From positions 17,072,101 through 17,136,100 of the forward strand of contig NC_092677.1 of assembly GCF_964355755.1 (NCBI RefSeq): 64,000 nucleotides of DNA. Reading direction: 5' to 3'. Numbering within the stretch: the stretch's first letter is position 1; each line of letters begins with the position of its first letter. Origin of the DNA: Antedon mediterranea (Eukaryota > Animalia > Echinodermata). Shown here in pieces: positions 33,172 through 45,214 of the stretch. Under the pieces are notes generated by a model. The model searched no databases and was not told the DNA's origin. It saw only the letters and a list, made by a program, of their open reading frames with translations. The position numbers and the translations under genes are program-made.

Positions 33172-36100
33172 ATACTGTGTTTTACAATAACCAATTTGGT
33201 TATGGTAAAGCACAATGATATAGAATAGGAAACATTTAATAATATGATAAATGACATTTACATAGCAATTTAGCACTGTGTTTTACTATAACCAATTTGG
33301 TTAGAGTAAAACACAATGATATAGAATAGGCAACATTTAATAATATGATAAATGACATTTACATAGCAATTTAGCACTGTGTTTTACTATAAACAATTTG
33401 GTTAAAGTAAAGCAGAATGATAAAGAATAGGAATTTAATAATATGATATATGACATTTACATAGCAATTTAGCACTGTGTTTTACTATAACCAATTTGGT
33501 TAGAGTAAAACACAATGATAAAGAATAGGAAACATTTAATAATATGATAAATGACATTCACATAGCAATTTAGCACTGTGTTTTACTATAACCAATTTGG
33601 TTAGAGTAAAACACAATGATATAGAATAGGAAACATTTAATAATTTGATAAATGACATTTACATAGCAATTTAGTGTGTTTTACTATAACCAATTTGGTT
33701 AAAGTAAAACACAATGATAAAGAATAGGAAACATTTAATAACATGATAAATGACATTTACATAGCAATTTAGCACTGTGTTTTACTATAACCAATTTGGT
33801 TAAAGTAAAACACAATGATAAAGAATAGGAAACACTTAATAATATGATAAATGACATTTACATAGCAATTTAGCACTGTGTTTTACTATAACCAATTTGG
33901 TTAGAGTAAAACACAATGATATAGAATAGGAAACATTTAATAATTTGATAAATGACATTTACATAGCAATTTAGTGTGTTTTACTATAACCAATTTGGTT
34001 AAAGTAAAACACAATGATAAAGAATAGGAAACATTTAATAACATGATAAATGACATTTACATAGCAATTTAGCACTGTGTTTTACTATAACCAATTTGGT
34101 TAAAGTAAAACACAATGATAAAGAATAGGAAACACTTAATAATATGATAAATGACATTTACATAGCAATTTAGCACTGTGTTTTACTATAACCAATTTGG
34201 TTAGAGTAAAACACAATGATAAAGAATAGGAAATATTTAATAATAATGATTATTTACATAGCAATTTAGCACTGTGTTTTACTATAACCAATTTGGTTAT
34301 AGTAAAACACAATGATATAGAATAGGAAACATTTAATAATATGATAAATGACATTTACATAGCAATTTATCACTGTGTTTTACTATAACCAATTTGGTTA
34401 GAGTAAAACACAATGATAAAAAATAGGAAACATTTAATAATAATGATTATTTACATAGCAATTTAGCACTGTGTTTTACTATAACCAATTTGGTTATAAT
34501 AAAACACAATGATAAAGAATAGGAAACATTTAATAATATGATATATGACATTCACATAGCAATTTAGCACTGTGTTTTACTATAACCAATTTGGTTATGG
34601 TAAAGCACAATGATATAGAATAGGAAACATTTAATAATTTGATAAATGACATTTACATAGCAATTTAGCACTGTGTTTTACTATAACCAATTTGGTTAAA
34701 GTAAAACACAATGATAAAGAATAGGAAACACTTAATAATATGATAAATGACATTTACATAGCAATTTAGCACTGTGTTTTACTATAACCAATTTGGTTAA
34801 AGTAAAGCAGAATGATAAAGAATAGGAATTTAATAATATGATATATGACATTTACATAGCAATTTAGCACTGTGTTTTACTATAACCAATTTGGTTAGAG
34901 TAAAACACAATGATAAAGAATAGGAAATATTTAATAATAATGATTATTTACATAGCAATTTAGCACTGTGTTTTACTATAACCAATTTGGTTAAAGTAAA
35001 ACATAATGATAAAGAATAGGAAACATTTAATAATATGATAAATGACATTTACATAGCAATTTATCACTGTGTTTTACTATAACCAATTTGGTTATGGTAA
35101 AGCACAATGATATAGAATAGGAAACATTTAATAATATGATAAATGACATTTACATAGCAATTTAGCACTGTGTTTTACTATAACCAATTTGGTTAAAGTA
35201 AAACATAATGATAAAGAATAGGAAACATTTAATAATATGTATATCAAAATCTATCAAATATCTAGGTATTGAGATTGACCAAAATGTATCAGGTGACGTC
35301 ATTGCCCGCTCTGTTATAAACAAAGCAAACGGCAGACTGAAATTTCTGTACCGACAATCATCATTTCTTAATTCGCATTGTCGCAAAATTCTTAGTTTTG
35401 CTTTAATCCAACCGATGTTCGATTATTCGGTTTGCTCATGGTCTTCTACGGTAAATAAAAATTTAAAATCAAAATTACAAACGACTCAAAACAAAATGGT
35501 TCGTTTTATAAAAAAGTTAGGTCCCCGATCTCATGTTGGTCAATCTCAGCTAAACGACGTTGGTATGTTAAAAGTCCAAGACCGTGTCGAATTTCTTAGA
35601 GTCTGTCATGTTTTTAAAATATATAATCATTGTTGTCCACCTTATTTATGCAATCGTTTTATTAGAATTTCAGACAGTCATAATTACAATACTAGGGGAT
35701 GCAATTTTAATTTTAGAATCCCAACTATCAAGCCAATGGCACATGTGACCTTTTTTTACAATGCTATTAAAGAATGGAATAATTTACCAATTAACATTAA
35801 GGAATCACAAACTGTTTGTTGTTTTAAAAGTAAAGTTAAAAAGTATCTACAGGAACGTTCACTAGCTCTAGAAACTATTTAATTAGCGCTTCTTCTTTTT
35901 TCGATTGTCCTTTTTGCTGTTTTTTGTCATTTTTATTATGTTGCTTTGTTTGTCTTTTTTGCTGTTCTTTCAAAGGACCTCATTGGAAACAAGTCCGTAG
36001 AGGACTTTTATGAGTTATCCTTGGCATCCTTGTTTTATATTGGTATTTTTATCTTTGTCAATTTTAATTGTATGTCTGTGATATTTTATGTACTGATGCC

Positions 36101-36960
36101 GAAATAAATCAAATCAAATCAAATACATAGCAATTTATCACTGTGTTTTACTATAACCAATTTGGTTATGGTAAAGCACAATGATATAGAATAGGAAACA
36201 TTTAATAATAATGATTATTTACATAGCAATTTAGCACCATGTTTTACTATAACCAATTTGGTTATGGTAAAGCACAATGATATAGAATAGGAAACATTTA
36301 ATAATAATGATAAATGTCATTACATAGCAATTTAGCACTGTGTTTTACTATAACCAATTTGGTTAGAGTAAAACACAATGACAAAGAATAGGAAACATTT
36401 AATAATAATGATTATTTACATAGCTAGCAATTTAGCACAATGTTTTACTATAACCAATTTGGTTATGGTAAAGCACAATGATATAGAATAGGAAACATTT
36501 AATAATATGATAAATGTCATTACATAGCAATTTAGCACTGTGTTTTACTATAACCAATTTGGTTAGAGTAAAACACAATGATAAAGAATAGGAAACATTT
36601 AATAACATGATAAATGACATTCACATAGAAATTTAGCACTGTGTTTTACTATAACCAATTTGATTAGAGTAAAGCACAATGATAAAGAATATGAAACATT
36701 TAATAATATGATAAATGACATTTACATAGTAATTTATCACTGTGTTTTACTATAACCAATTTGGTTAGAGTAAAACATTTTAACTATGATAAATGATATT
36801 TAGCACTGTGCTGGATACAGTAAAACACAAATTAAGAATAGGAAACATATAATAATATGATACATTTACATACAAATTTAGTATTGTGTTTTACTATAGC
36901 CAATTTGGTTACAGTAAAACACAATGATAATGAAACATTTATTATATGATATTATTTACA
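33172..36960 (+). repeat. Satellite A, left arm: ~101-bp hairpin monomer, roughly 28 copies, interrupted by a LINE fragment
   Basis: Monomer TTAGCACTGTGTTTTACTATAACCAATTTGGTTAGAGTAAAACACAATGATAAAGAATAGGAAACATTTAATAATATGATAAATGACATTTACATAGCAAT, period ~101. Confidence 0.95.
35240..36124 (+). mobile_element. 5'-truncated CR1-group LINE (L2/Crack/Daphne-like): RT C-terminus, 3' UTR and (AAATC)n tail
   Basis: Open frame to 35882 with KYLG, ALIQPMFDYSVCSW, LQTTQNKMVRFI, HNYNTR, TFFYNAIKEWNNLP, FKSKVK. AATAAA then (AAATC)3. Satellite A resumes at 36125. Confidence 0.9.
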
Positions 36961-37011
36961 TAGCAAAATATTATATTAAACATATCTTATTATCTAAACG
37001 TTATGAAAAGA

Positions 37012-38866
37012 ATAGGATACATATAATGTAATAATATAATAAATACAAGTTACATAGTTTATCATCTTGTTTTACAGAACCAATTTGGTGACACAGTTAA
37101 ACACAGTGATAAAGAATAGATACTGTTTTAGGTTATATAACCCTAACCCTAGTTTGAAGCGACATAATAAATTCATCGCGAAAAAGTACGTATCGTATTT
37201 AGAAACTTTTGAAATTTGTTAGATATGTTTAATAGGTTCTTACGTCTATAAAACAAACAAAAAATATAAATTTCACAAAAAATTCGTGATTTTAATAATT
37301 TGCATTTCTAAAAATGTACACTTATGAAATACCATACATTTTCCAACACATTTTTACTTCATTGATGATTCCCAGAAATCAAAATAAAACAAATTATGAT
37401 ATTTCTTTTACATTATAGATGTAAGAACCTATATTGAACATGTACCAAATTTCAAACGTTTTTTAAGACGATACGTATTTTTATCGATGAATTAAGTATG
37501 TGATCGCTTCAAACTAGGGTTAGGGTTAAATAACCTAACAGTTCATTCTTTAACACTGTGTTTAACTTTTAACCAAATTGGTTTTAGTACAACACAATGA
37601 TAAACTATGTACATTTTATTTTTCATATTACATTATAGGATACATATAATGTAATAATAATAAATACAAGTTACATAGTTTATCATCTTGTTTTACAGAA
37701 CCAATTTGGTTACACAGTTAAACACAATGATAAAGAATAGACACTGTTTTAGGTTATATAACTCTAACCCTAGTTTGAAGCGATCACATACTTAATTCAT
37801 CGCGAAAAAATACGTATCGTATTCAGAAACATTTGAAATTTGGTAAATATGTTCAATAGGTTCTTACGTCTATAAAACAAACAAAAAATAAAAGTTTCAA
37901 GACAAATTCGTGATTTTAATAATTTGCATTTCTAAACATTTACACTTATGAAAGACAATACATTTCCAACACATTTTTACTTCATTGATGATTCTCAGAA
38001 ATCAAAATAAAACTATTAGGATATTTCTTTTGCATTATAGATGTAAGAACCTATATTGAACATATCTACCAAATATCAAACGTTTTTCAAGACGATACGT
38101 ATTTTTAGCGATGAATATTAAATATGTGATCGCTTCAAACTAGGGTTAGGGTTAAATAAACTAAAACAGTTCTATTCTTTATCACTCACTGTGTTTAACT
38201 TTTAACCAAAATGGTTATAGTAAAACACAATGATAAACTTATATGTCAATTTTATTTTTCATAACATAAAATGTTTGATATTCTTTATAATATTTAATAT
38301 TATATTTTAGGCCTACTATTAATGACGTATAAATGCACACTACATCTGAAATAACTTTCTACTTCATTGGCGATTCTTACCAAAAAAAAGAACTAATTTT
38401 GTTATGTATATAGAGCAACCTATTATAACATGTCTTGTATGATTTTTATCTCGTTTCAATGACATTTTATACTACAATTCAAATGAAAAAGCATCACAAA
38501 AAAATACGTCTGGTATTCAAAAAGTTTCTAAACTCGGTACACAGAAAAAAGGAAATGTTGAAAATGTATGGTCTTTCATAAGTGTGAATTTTTTGAAATG
38601 CAAATAATGGAAATCATCGATTTGTCTTGAAATTTATAATTTGTTTTGTCTTATTGAACATATCTATACAAAATGTCAAACGTTTCTGAATACGATAAGT
38701 TTTTTTTCTCGATGAATTTATAATGTCGCTTCAAACTAGAGGGTAGGGTAGTAACCTAACAAGTAGGCCTATCTATTCTTTATCACTATGTTTAACTGTG
38801 TAACCATATTGGTTCTAATAAAAAACAATGATAAACTATGTAAATTGTATGTTTCATATATTACAT
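37012..38866. repeat. Tandem ~623-bp palindromic units (37012-37634, 37635-~38260) plus an inverted partial third copy (~38545-38866)
   Basis: Each unit has ~210-bp arms (...TAACCCTAGTTTGAAGCGA... / ...TCGCTTCAAACTAGGGTTA...) around a ~165-bp spacer. The outer arm ends are degenerate satellite-A monomers. Confidence 0.85.
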
Positions 38867-39470
38867 TTTTGCCAAAAAAAATTATTGGGAATGTCAAATT
38901 TCTTTTTCATGACATATATATCTACAAATTTCAGAAGCTTTTGAGTACGAGTATTTTACGCGATGTTTTTTTATCCTCATTTTAATATTTTGGTAATGTA
39001 ATTCACATAAAGTTTTGTATCCAAAAATTGTTTATTCTTGGGTAGAAATGAGGAAATAAATAGTATTCCTGTATAATATAATAATCAATAATAAAGTATA
39101 AAAAAAAGTGTTGTGTAAACGAACGTTTTTTACGCTTCGAATTTTCTGTTACATTATGTTTGAATTGAAGCTACAGATATTGAATCATGGACCTATAAAT
39201 TAGTAATTTATAGGTCCATGATTGAACATATCGTCACTCACCACACATTTTTTGTTTTGTATTTCGAAAGTATTTATTCTAAAGAACAATTGATGCAAAC
39301 ATCAACTGCGTATCTTATTTCATTAATTAATTATATTAATTATAATTTGGCGATTATTCGTCACACGAAGAGTCGAATATCGATTCGTCTCGTCATGGGA
39401 AGAAAACGTGCATTGCGCACACTGTTTGCGCGCCTCAACAATAAACGGCGAATATGCGATTCGTCACTTA

Positions 39471-40400
39471 TGGAACGCCGTTTTACACAAGTTTTTGGCG
39501 ATGATAAAAATTGCGTCGATGATGAAATTGCGTCGATGAAAATTGCATCGACGCAATGTAGATTGCGTCGATGCAATGTAGATTGCGTCGACGCAATTTA
39601 CATTGCGTCGATGAAAATTGCATCGATGAAAATTGCGTCGATGAAAATTGCGTCGATGAAAACTGCATCGATGAAAATTGCGTCGATGAAAACTGCATCG
39701 ATGAAAATTGATGTGATGAATTTAATTGATTATGAAAATTCCAAATGGTTTTAATTCAATCAATGATGAAAATGACTACTAGTAAAGTAAATGATGATGT
39801 TAATAATGATGTTAATAATGTTATTATGTTGCTAAAAATTGACGGTTTCTGAATATTTTGATATGATAAACATGTTTACCGCTTGCGCTAGCGCGCGTTA
39901 TAGACAAGCGCACAGTGATCGCGCACTAAAACAATGTTGAAATATATGCACTGATTAACATTTTAGTGATTTATTGTCAACACATTTTAGCAATGGATCC
40001 ATTATTGTCCTTTCGGACACATTATATCTTCTAGCTAATTGCTTCCGTTAATCCACCAGTTCAGTACATAAAATCCAGATGTCCAGCATCCATGACATCA
40101 TATTCAAATCATACCGGCAGGGAGATCGCAATTTTCATCGATGAAAACTGCATCGATGAAAATTATTTTTTATTTCATCGATGCAGTTTTCATCGATGCA
40201 GTTTTCATCGACGCAATTTTCATCGACGCAATTTTCATCACATTAACGCAATTTTCATTACATCGACGCAATTTTCATCGACGCAATGTTCATCACATCA
40301 TTACATCAATACTATATTCATCGACGCAATTTTCATCACATCGACGCAATTTTCATTGCATCATCGACGCGATTTTATCATCGCCTAAACTGGCATTCCA
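39471..40400. mobile_element. Small foldback-type element with inverted arrays of a 15-bp repeat
   Basis: TA|TGGAACGCC ... GGCATTCCA|TA ends. (GCGTCGATGAAAATT)n at ~39510-39715 and its reverse complement at ~40127-40385. Confidence 0.7.
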
Positions 40401-40769
40401 TACTAATTGCGTGTGTGATCTGATTGGTGTATTATAAATAAATTCATCGCGATGAATTTTTCAGTAGATGTAATGAGACAGTTCAGTAGATGTAATGACA
40501 GTTAATTTAATTGTTCTGTTCTTTTTGTACAAATCTATACTACTTTATATTATGGATTTTGTAGTACTGTTAAAATTATTAAATCTCTGGAAGTGTGTTT
40601 TACGAGTATGTCCGCAAATTTATGCGTTTACGGTTTTAAAATGTGAGTTTTAAATAGCGAACATGATCTTGTTAGGTGCACTACGCACGCAGTATTCCAA
40701 AATGTCTTACTAATTGGGAGAAAATCATATTGTATCATATCATATTATATCCATTCTTTAAATTCATAT

Positions 40770-42150
40770 TCTTTATCCAAAACTAAATTGGTATAGTAAT
40801 TGCTAGCAATTTATCATATTAAATGTTTCATATTCTTTATCATTGTGTTTTACTCTAATCAAATTGGTATAGTAAAACACAGTGCTAAATTGCTATGTGA
40901 ATGTCATTTATCATATTTTTAAATGTTTCCTATTCTTTATCATTGTGCTTTACCATAACCAAATTGGTTATAGTAAAACACAGTGCTAAATTGCTATGTA
41001 AATGTTATATATCATATTATTAAATTCCTATTCTTTATCATTGTGTTTTACTCTAACCAAATTGGTTATAGTAAAACACAGTGATAAATTGCTATGTAAA
41101 TGCAATTTATCATATTATTAAATGTTTCCTATTCTTTATCATTGTGTTTTACTCTAACCAAATTGGTTATAGTAAAACACAGTGATAAATTGCTATGTAA
41201 ATGTAATTTATCATGTTATTAAATGTTTCCTATTCTTTATCGTTGAGTTTTACTCTAATCAAATTGGTTATAGTAAAACACAGTGCTAAATTGCTATGTA
41301 AATGTTATATATCATATTATTAAATGTTTCCTATTCTTTATCATTGTGTTTTACTCTAATCTGATTGGTTATAGTAAAACACAGTGCTAAATTGCTATGT
41401 GAATGTCATTTATCATGTTATTAAATGTTTCCTATTCTTTATCATTGTGCTTTACTCTAACCAAATTGGTTATAGTAAAACACAGTGCTAAATTGCTATG
41501 TAAATGTCATTTATCATGTTATTAAATGTTTCTTATTCTTTATCATTGTGTTTTACTCTAACCAAATTGGTTATAGTAAAACACAGTGATAAATTGCTAT
41601 GTAAATGTAATTTATCATATTATTAAATGTTTCCTATTCTTTATCATTGTGTTTTACTCTAACCAAATTGGTTATAGTAAAACACAGTGCTAAATTGCTA
41701 TGTAAATGTTATATATCATATTATTAAATGTTTCCTATTCTTTATCATTGTGTTTTACTCTAATCTGATTGGTTATAGTAAAACACAGTGATAAATTGCT
41801 ATGTAAATGTCATTTATCATATTATTAAATGTTTCCTATTTTTTATCATTGTGTTTTATTCTAACCAAATTGGTTATAGTAAAACACAGTGCTAAATTGC
41901 TAAATGTCATTTATCATGTTATTAAATGTTTCTTATTCTTTATCATTGTGTTTTACTCTAACCAAATTGGTTATAGTAAAACACAGTGCTAAATTGCTAT
42001 GTAAATGTAATTTATCATATTATTAAATGTTTCCTATTCTTTATCATTTTGTTTTACTCTAAATTGGTTATAATTTATTTAATTTCATTTCAAAAGACAT
42101 TTACCTAAATTGCTATTTAATTATAGTAAAACACTGTGCTAAATTGCTAT
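40770..42150 (-). repeat. Satellite A, right arm (reverse orientation), about 13 copies
   Basis: Reverse complement of the 101-bp monomer. Confidence 0.95.
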
Positions 42151-43542
42151 TGTATTAAGGACGAGTTCCGAGAAGATGTATTCAAAGCTACAACCAATCA
42201 GAACAGTGTTAATCAATATAGTCCATGGCTACAGCCAATCAGAAACGTCCAAATCGCAATAACCCCTAGGCTAATAGAAATTATTGGTCCGAGTAGCCTT
42301 TTCAACCAGACGTTGCGAGGTTTAAAAAGTAAAACATGATTTACTCGCCAGTTTGGTATAGTTTATATACCTGCTCTCTGCCCTGCCTGGCATCGTCACG
42401 TGATAAGCAGATACAGTATACAATATTAAACTGGTCGGGTCGAGTATACCCCGTCTATAATCACAACATGAACGATGTACAGTATTTGATTGAAGGTCGA
42501 CTCAACCTACCGGAATGGTATAGATAATATAGCTCGAATGAGAGAGTTGGAATATTTGTAAACATAAGTACAGTATTGCTAATTTTAACAAGTGTAGCCT
42601 AGCCTAAGTAAAAGGCCTGGTAGTATCAATTCGCATAGGGTCTACTACACTAGCTAGCTCAATTTTTAACTGGGCCGGATCGGCTAGGCTAGGCTAGGTC
42701 TCCTTCCTACTACCGGTGTACTTGCTTGATGCAGTATCCGCTTTTTTGGAGAGTAAACTAGGCCTACTTATTCGATCGGGACACCATACGGACCTTGTTT
42801 TGCCTCAATATTTACAGCCGATTTTTGTAGAACGTTTTAGGTTTAGATTGTTTAGGAGTTTGGTTGATAGGATGGGTGTGGAATCCACTGAGTTTTGTTA
42901 TTTATGGGCCAATCGTTTAGTAATAGGCTAGCTAGGCCCATGAATGATGGCCCCAATGTTTTAACGTAGCCATCGTGGCATGGAATCCCTAGTCAGAAAT
43001 GGCTCTCACCCCGGCATGAATAAAATGATTTAGGCTAGGCCTAGCCTAGTACGTGAAGCCGATATACGATCTGTACTACAGTATTATTATTAATTCGAGG
43101 TATAAAAATAGTATAATTTATGACTCCGTAATCTGTACTAAATTTTGTATTTCATTAAATGTCAAATAAATATATGCTACTACTGTTATTATTACACTTT
43201 AGGCCTAGCTTAGCAAATCTACAAAAAATGTATTTCACAATGATCGGGTGGTCGTCGTTTGACAGAGGAGAGAGAACACAACGTACAAGCTTGACGTCGC
43301 GAGTTTGGAATCCACTGACTGATGACGTGATTTTGTGAATATCTCATGAATATTAATGAGCTTCCCTAAGCTGCTGAAATACAGATTTTCCATGAATTTA
43401 CCCTAAAATGTATATGAAATTTAATTTTTTTAATTTCTCGTTATTACTTCTTCATTCTGACATGTCTATATTGTTATAATATTTTTTATTTAATAAATAA
43501 ACGATATTTAAAAGCAATTTTAAACCCAGAATCCCCCTTTAA

Positions 43543-45200
43543 CAATATACAACAAATAACATTAATGTACGATGTAGTTTAACACTGTTCTCAACTATAG
43601 TCATTTTGGTATACTACTTGAGCACATTGATAAAGAATAGGATAAACTTAACAATATAGGCTACAACAAATAACATTAATGTACGATCCCGTTTAACACT
43701 GTTCTCAACTATAGTCATTTTGGTATACTTGAGCACAGTGATAAAGAATAGGATAAACTTAACAATATACAACAACAATGTACGATCCCGTTTAACACTG
43801 TTCTCAACTATAGTCATTTTGGTATACTTGAGCACAGTGATAAAGAATAGGATAAACTTAACAATATACAACAAAAAACATTAATGTACGATCCAGTTTA
43901 ACACTGTTCTCAACTATACTCATTTTGGTATACTTGAGAACAGTTATAAAGAATAGGATAAACTTAACAATATACAACAAAAAACATTAATGTACGATCC
44001 AGTTTAACACTGTTCTCAACTAGAGTCATTTTGGTATACTTGAGAACAGTGATAAAGAATAGGATAAACTTAACAATATACAACAAAAAACATTAATGTA
44101 CGATCCCGTTTAACACTGTTCTCAACTATAGTCATTTTGGTATACTTGAGCACAGTGATAAAGAATAGGATAAACTTAATAATATACAACAAATAACATT
44201 AATGTACGATCCAGTTTACCACTGTTCTCAACTATAGTCATTTTGGTATACTTGAGCACAGTGATAAAGAATAGGATAAACTTAAAAATATACAACAAAA
44301 AACATTAATGTACGATCCAGTTTAACACTGTTCTCACTATAGTCATTTTGGTATACTTGAGCACAGTGATAAAGAATAGGATAAACTTAAAAATATACAA
44401 CAAAAAACATTAATGTACGATCCAGTTTAACACTGTTCTCAACTATAGTTATTTTGGTATACTTGAGAACAGTGATAAAGAATAGGATAAACTTAACAAT
44501 ATATACAACAAAAAACATTAATGTACGATCCAGTTTAACACTGTTCTCAACTATAGTCATTTTGGTATACTTGAGCACAGTGATAAAGAATATGATAAAC
44601 TTTAAAATATACAACAAAAAACATTAATGTACGATCCAGTTTAACACTGTTCTCAACTATAGTTATTTTGGTATACTTGAGAACAGTGATAAAGAATAGG
44701 ATAAACTTAACAATATACAACAAAAAACGTACATTAATGTACGATCCTGTTTAACACTGTTCTCGACTATAGTCATTTTGGTATACTTGAGCACAGTGAT
44801 AAAGAATAGGATAAACTTAACAATATACAACAAAAAACATTAATGTACGATCCCGTTTAACACTGTTCTCAACTATAGTCATTTTGGTATACTTGAGCAC
44901 AGTGATAAAGAATAGGATAAACTTAATAATATACAACAAATAACATTAATGTACGATCCAGTTTACCACTGTTCTCAACTATAGTCATTGTGGTATACTT
45001 GAGCACAGTGATAAAGAATAGGATAAACTGAACAATATACAACAAAAAACATTAATGTACGATCCCGTTTACCACTGTTCTCAACTATAGTCATTTTGGT
45101 ATACTTGAGCACAATATACAACAAATAACATTAATGTACACGATTCTGTTTAACACTGTTCTCAACTATAGTCATTTTCATATACTTGAGCACAGTGATA
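43543..45200 (+). repeat. Satellite B, left arm: 106-bp hairpin monomer, about 15 copies
   Basis: Monomer AACAATATACAACAAAAAACATTAATGTACGATCCAGTTTAACACTGTTCTCAACTATAGTCATTTTGGTATACTTGAGCACAGTGATAAAGAATAGGATAAACTT. Confidence 0.95.
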
Positions 45201-45214
45201 ATATGAAAAACATA

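Larger units (their letters stand above)
32772..42374 (-). mobile_element. Inner non-autonomous element (A-type), a diverged relative of the outer element, in opposite orientation
   Basis: 33-bp inverted repeat TACCAAAYTGGCGAGTAAATCATGTTTTACTTT at 32787-32819 / 42326-42358 (32/33). End motifs and 150-300 bp of subterminal sequence show patchy homology to the outer element's ends. Confidence 0.8.
32315..43538. mobile_element. Kolobok-like non-autonomous DNA transposon (about 1.5 kb of own sequence plus nested insert)
   Basis: TTAA on both sides (32311-32314, 43539-43542). 22-bp TIR AGGGGGGTTCCGGGTTTAAAAT vs AGGGGGATTCTGGGTTTAAAAT. TTAA target with purine-purine termini fits Kolobok rather than piggyBac (CC termini). 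The rejoined empty site restores a satellite-B monomer. Confidence 0.8.

Noticed and set aside
37138-37152. TAACCCTAACCCTA telomere-like motif in the palindromic units
   Set aside because: Only two repeats, embedded in a repeat arm, so not an interstitial telomere.
39218-40437. ORFs of 71-178 aa with IASMK / IDAIF / HRRNF repeats
   Set aside because: Translation by-products of a stop-free 15-bp repeat. They are open in several frames and on both strands.
32311-43542. piggyBac assignment for the TTAA-flanked element
   Set aside because: The termini are AGGGG...CCCCT rather than CCY...RGG, which fits Kolobok better. No transposase is present to confirm either.
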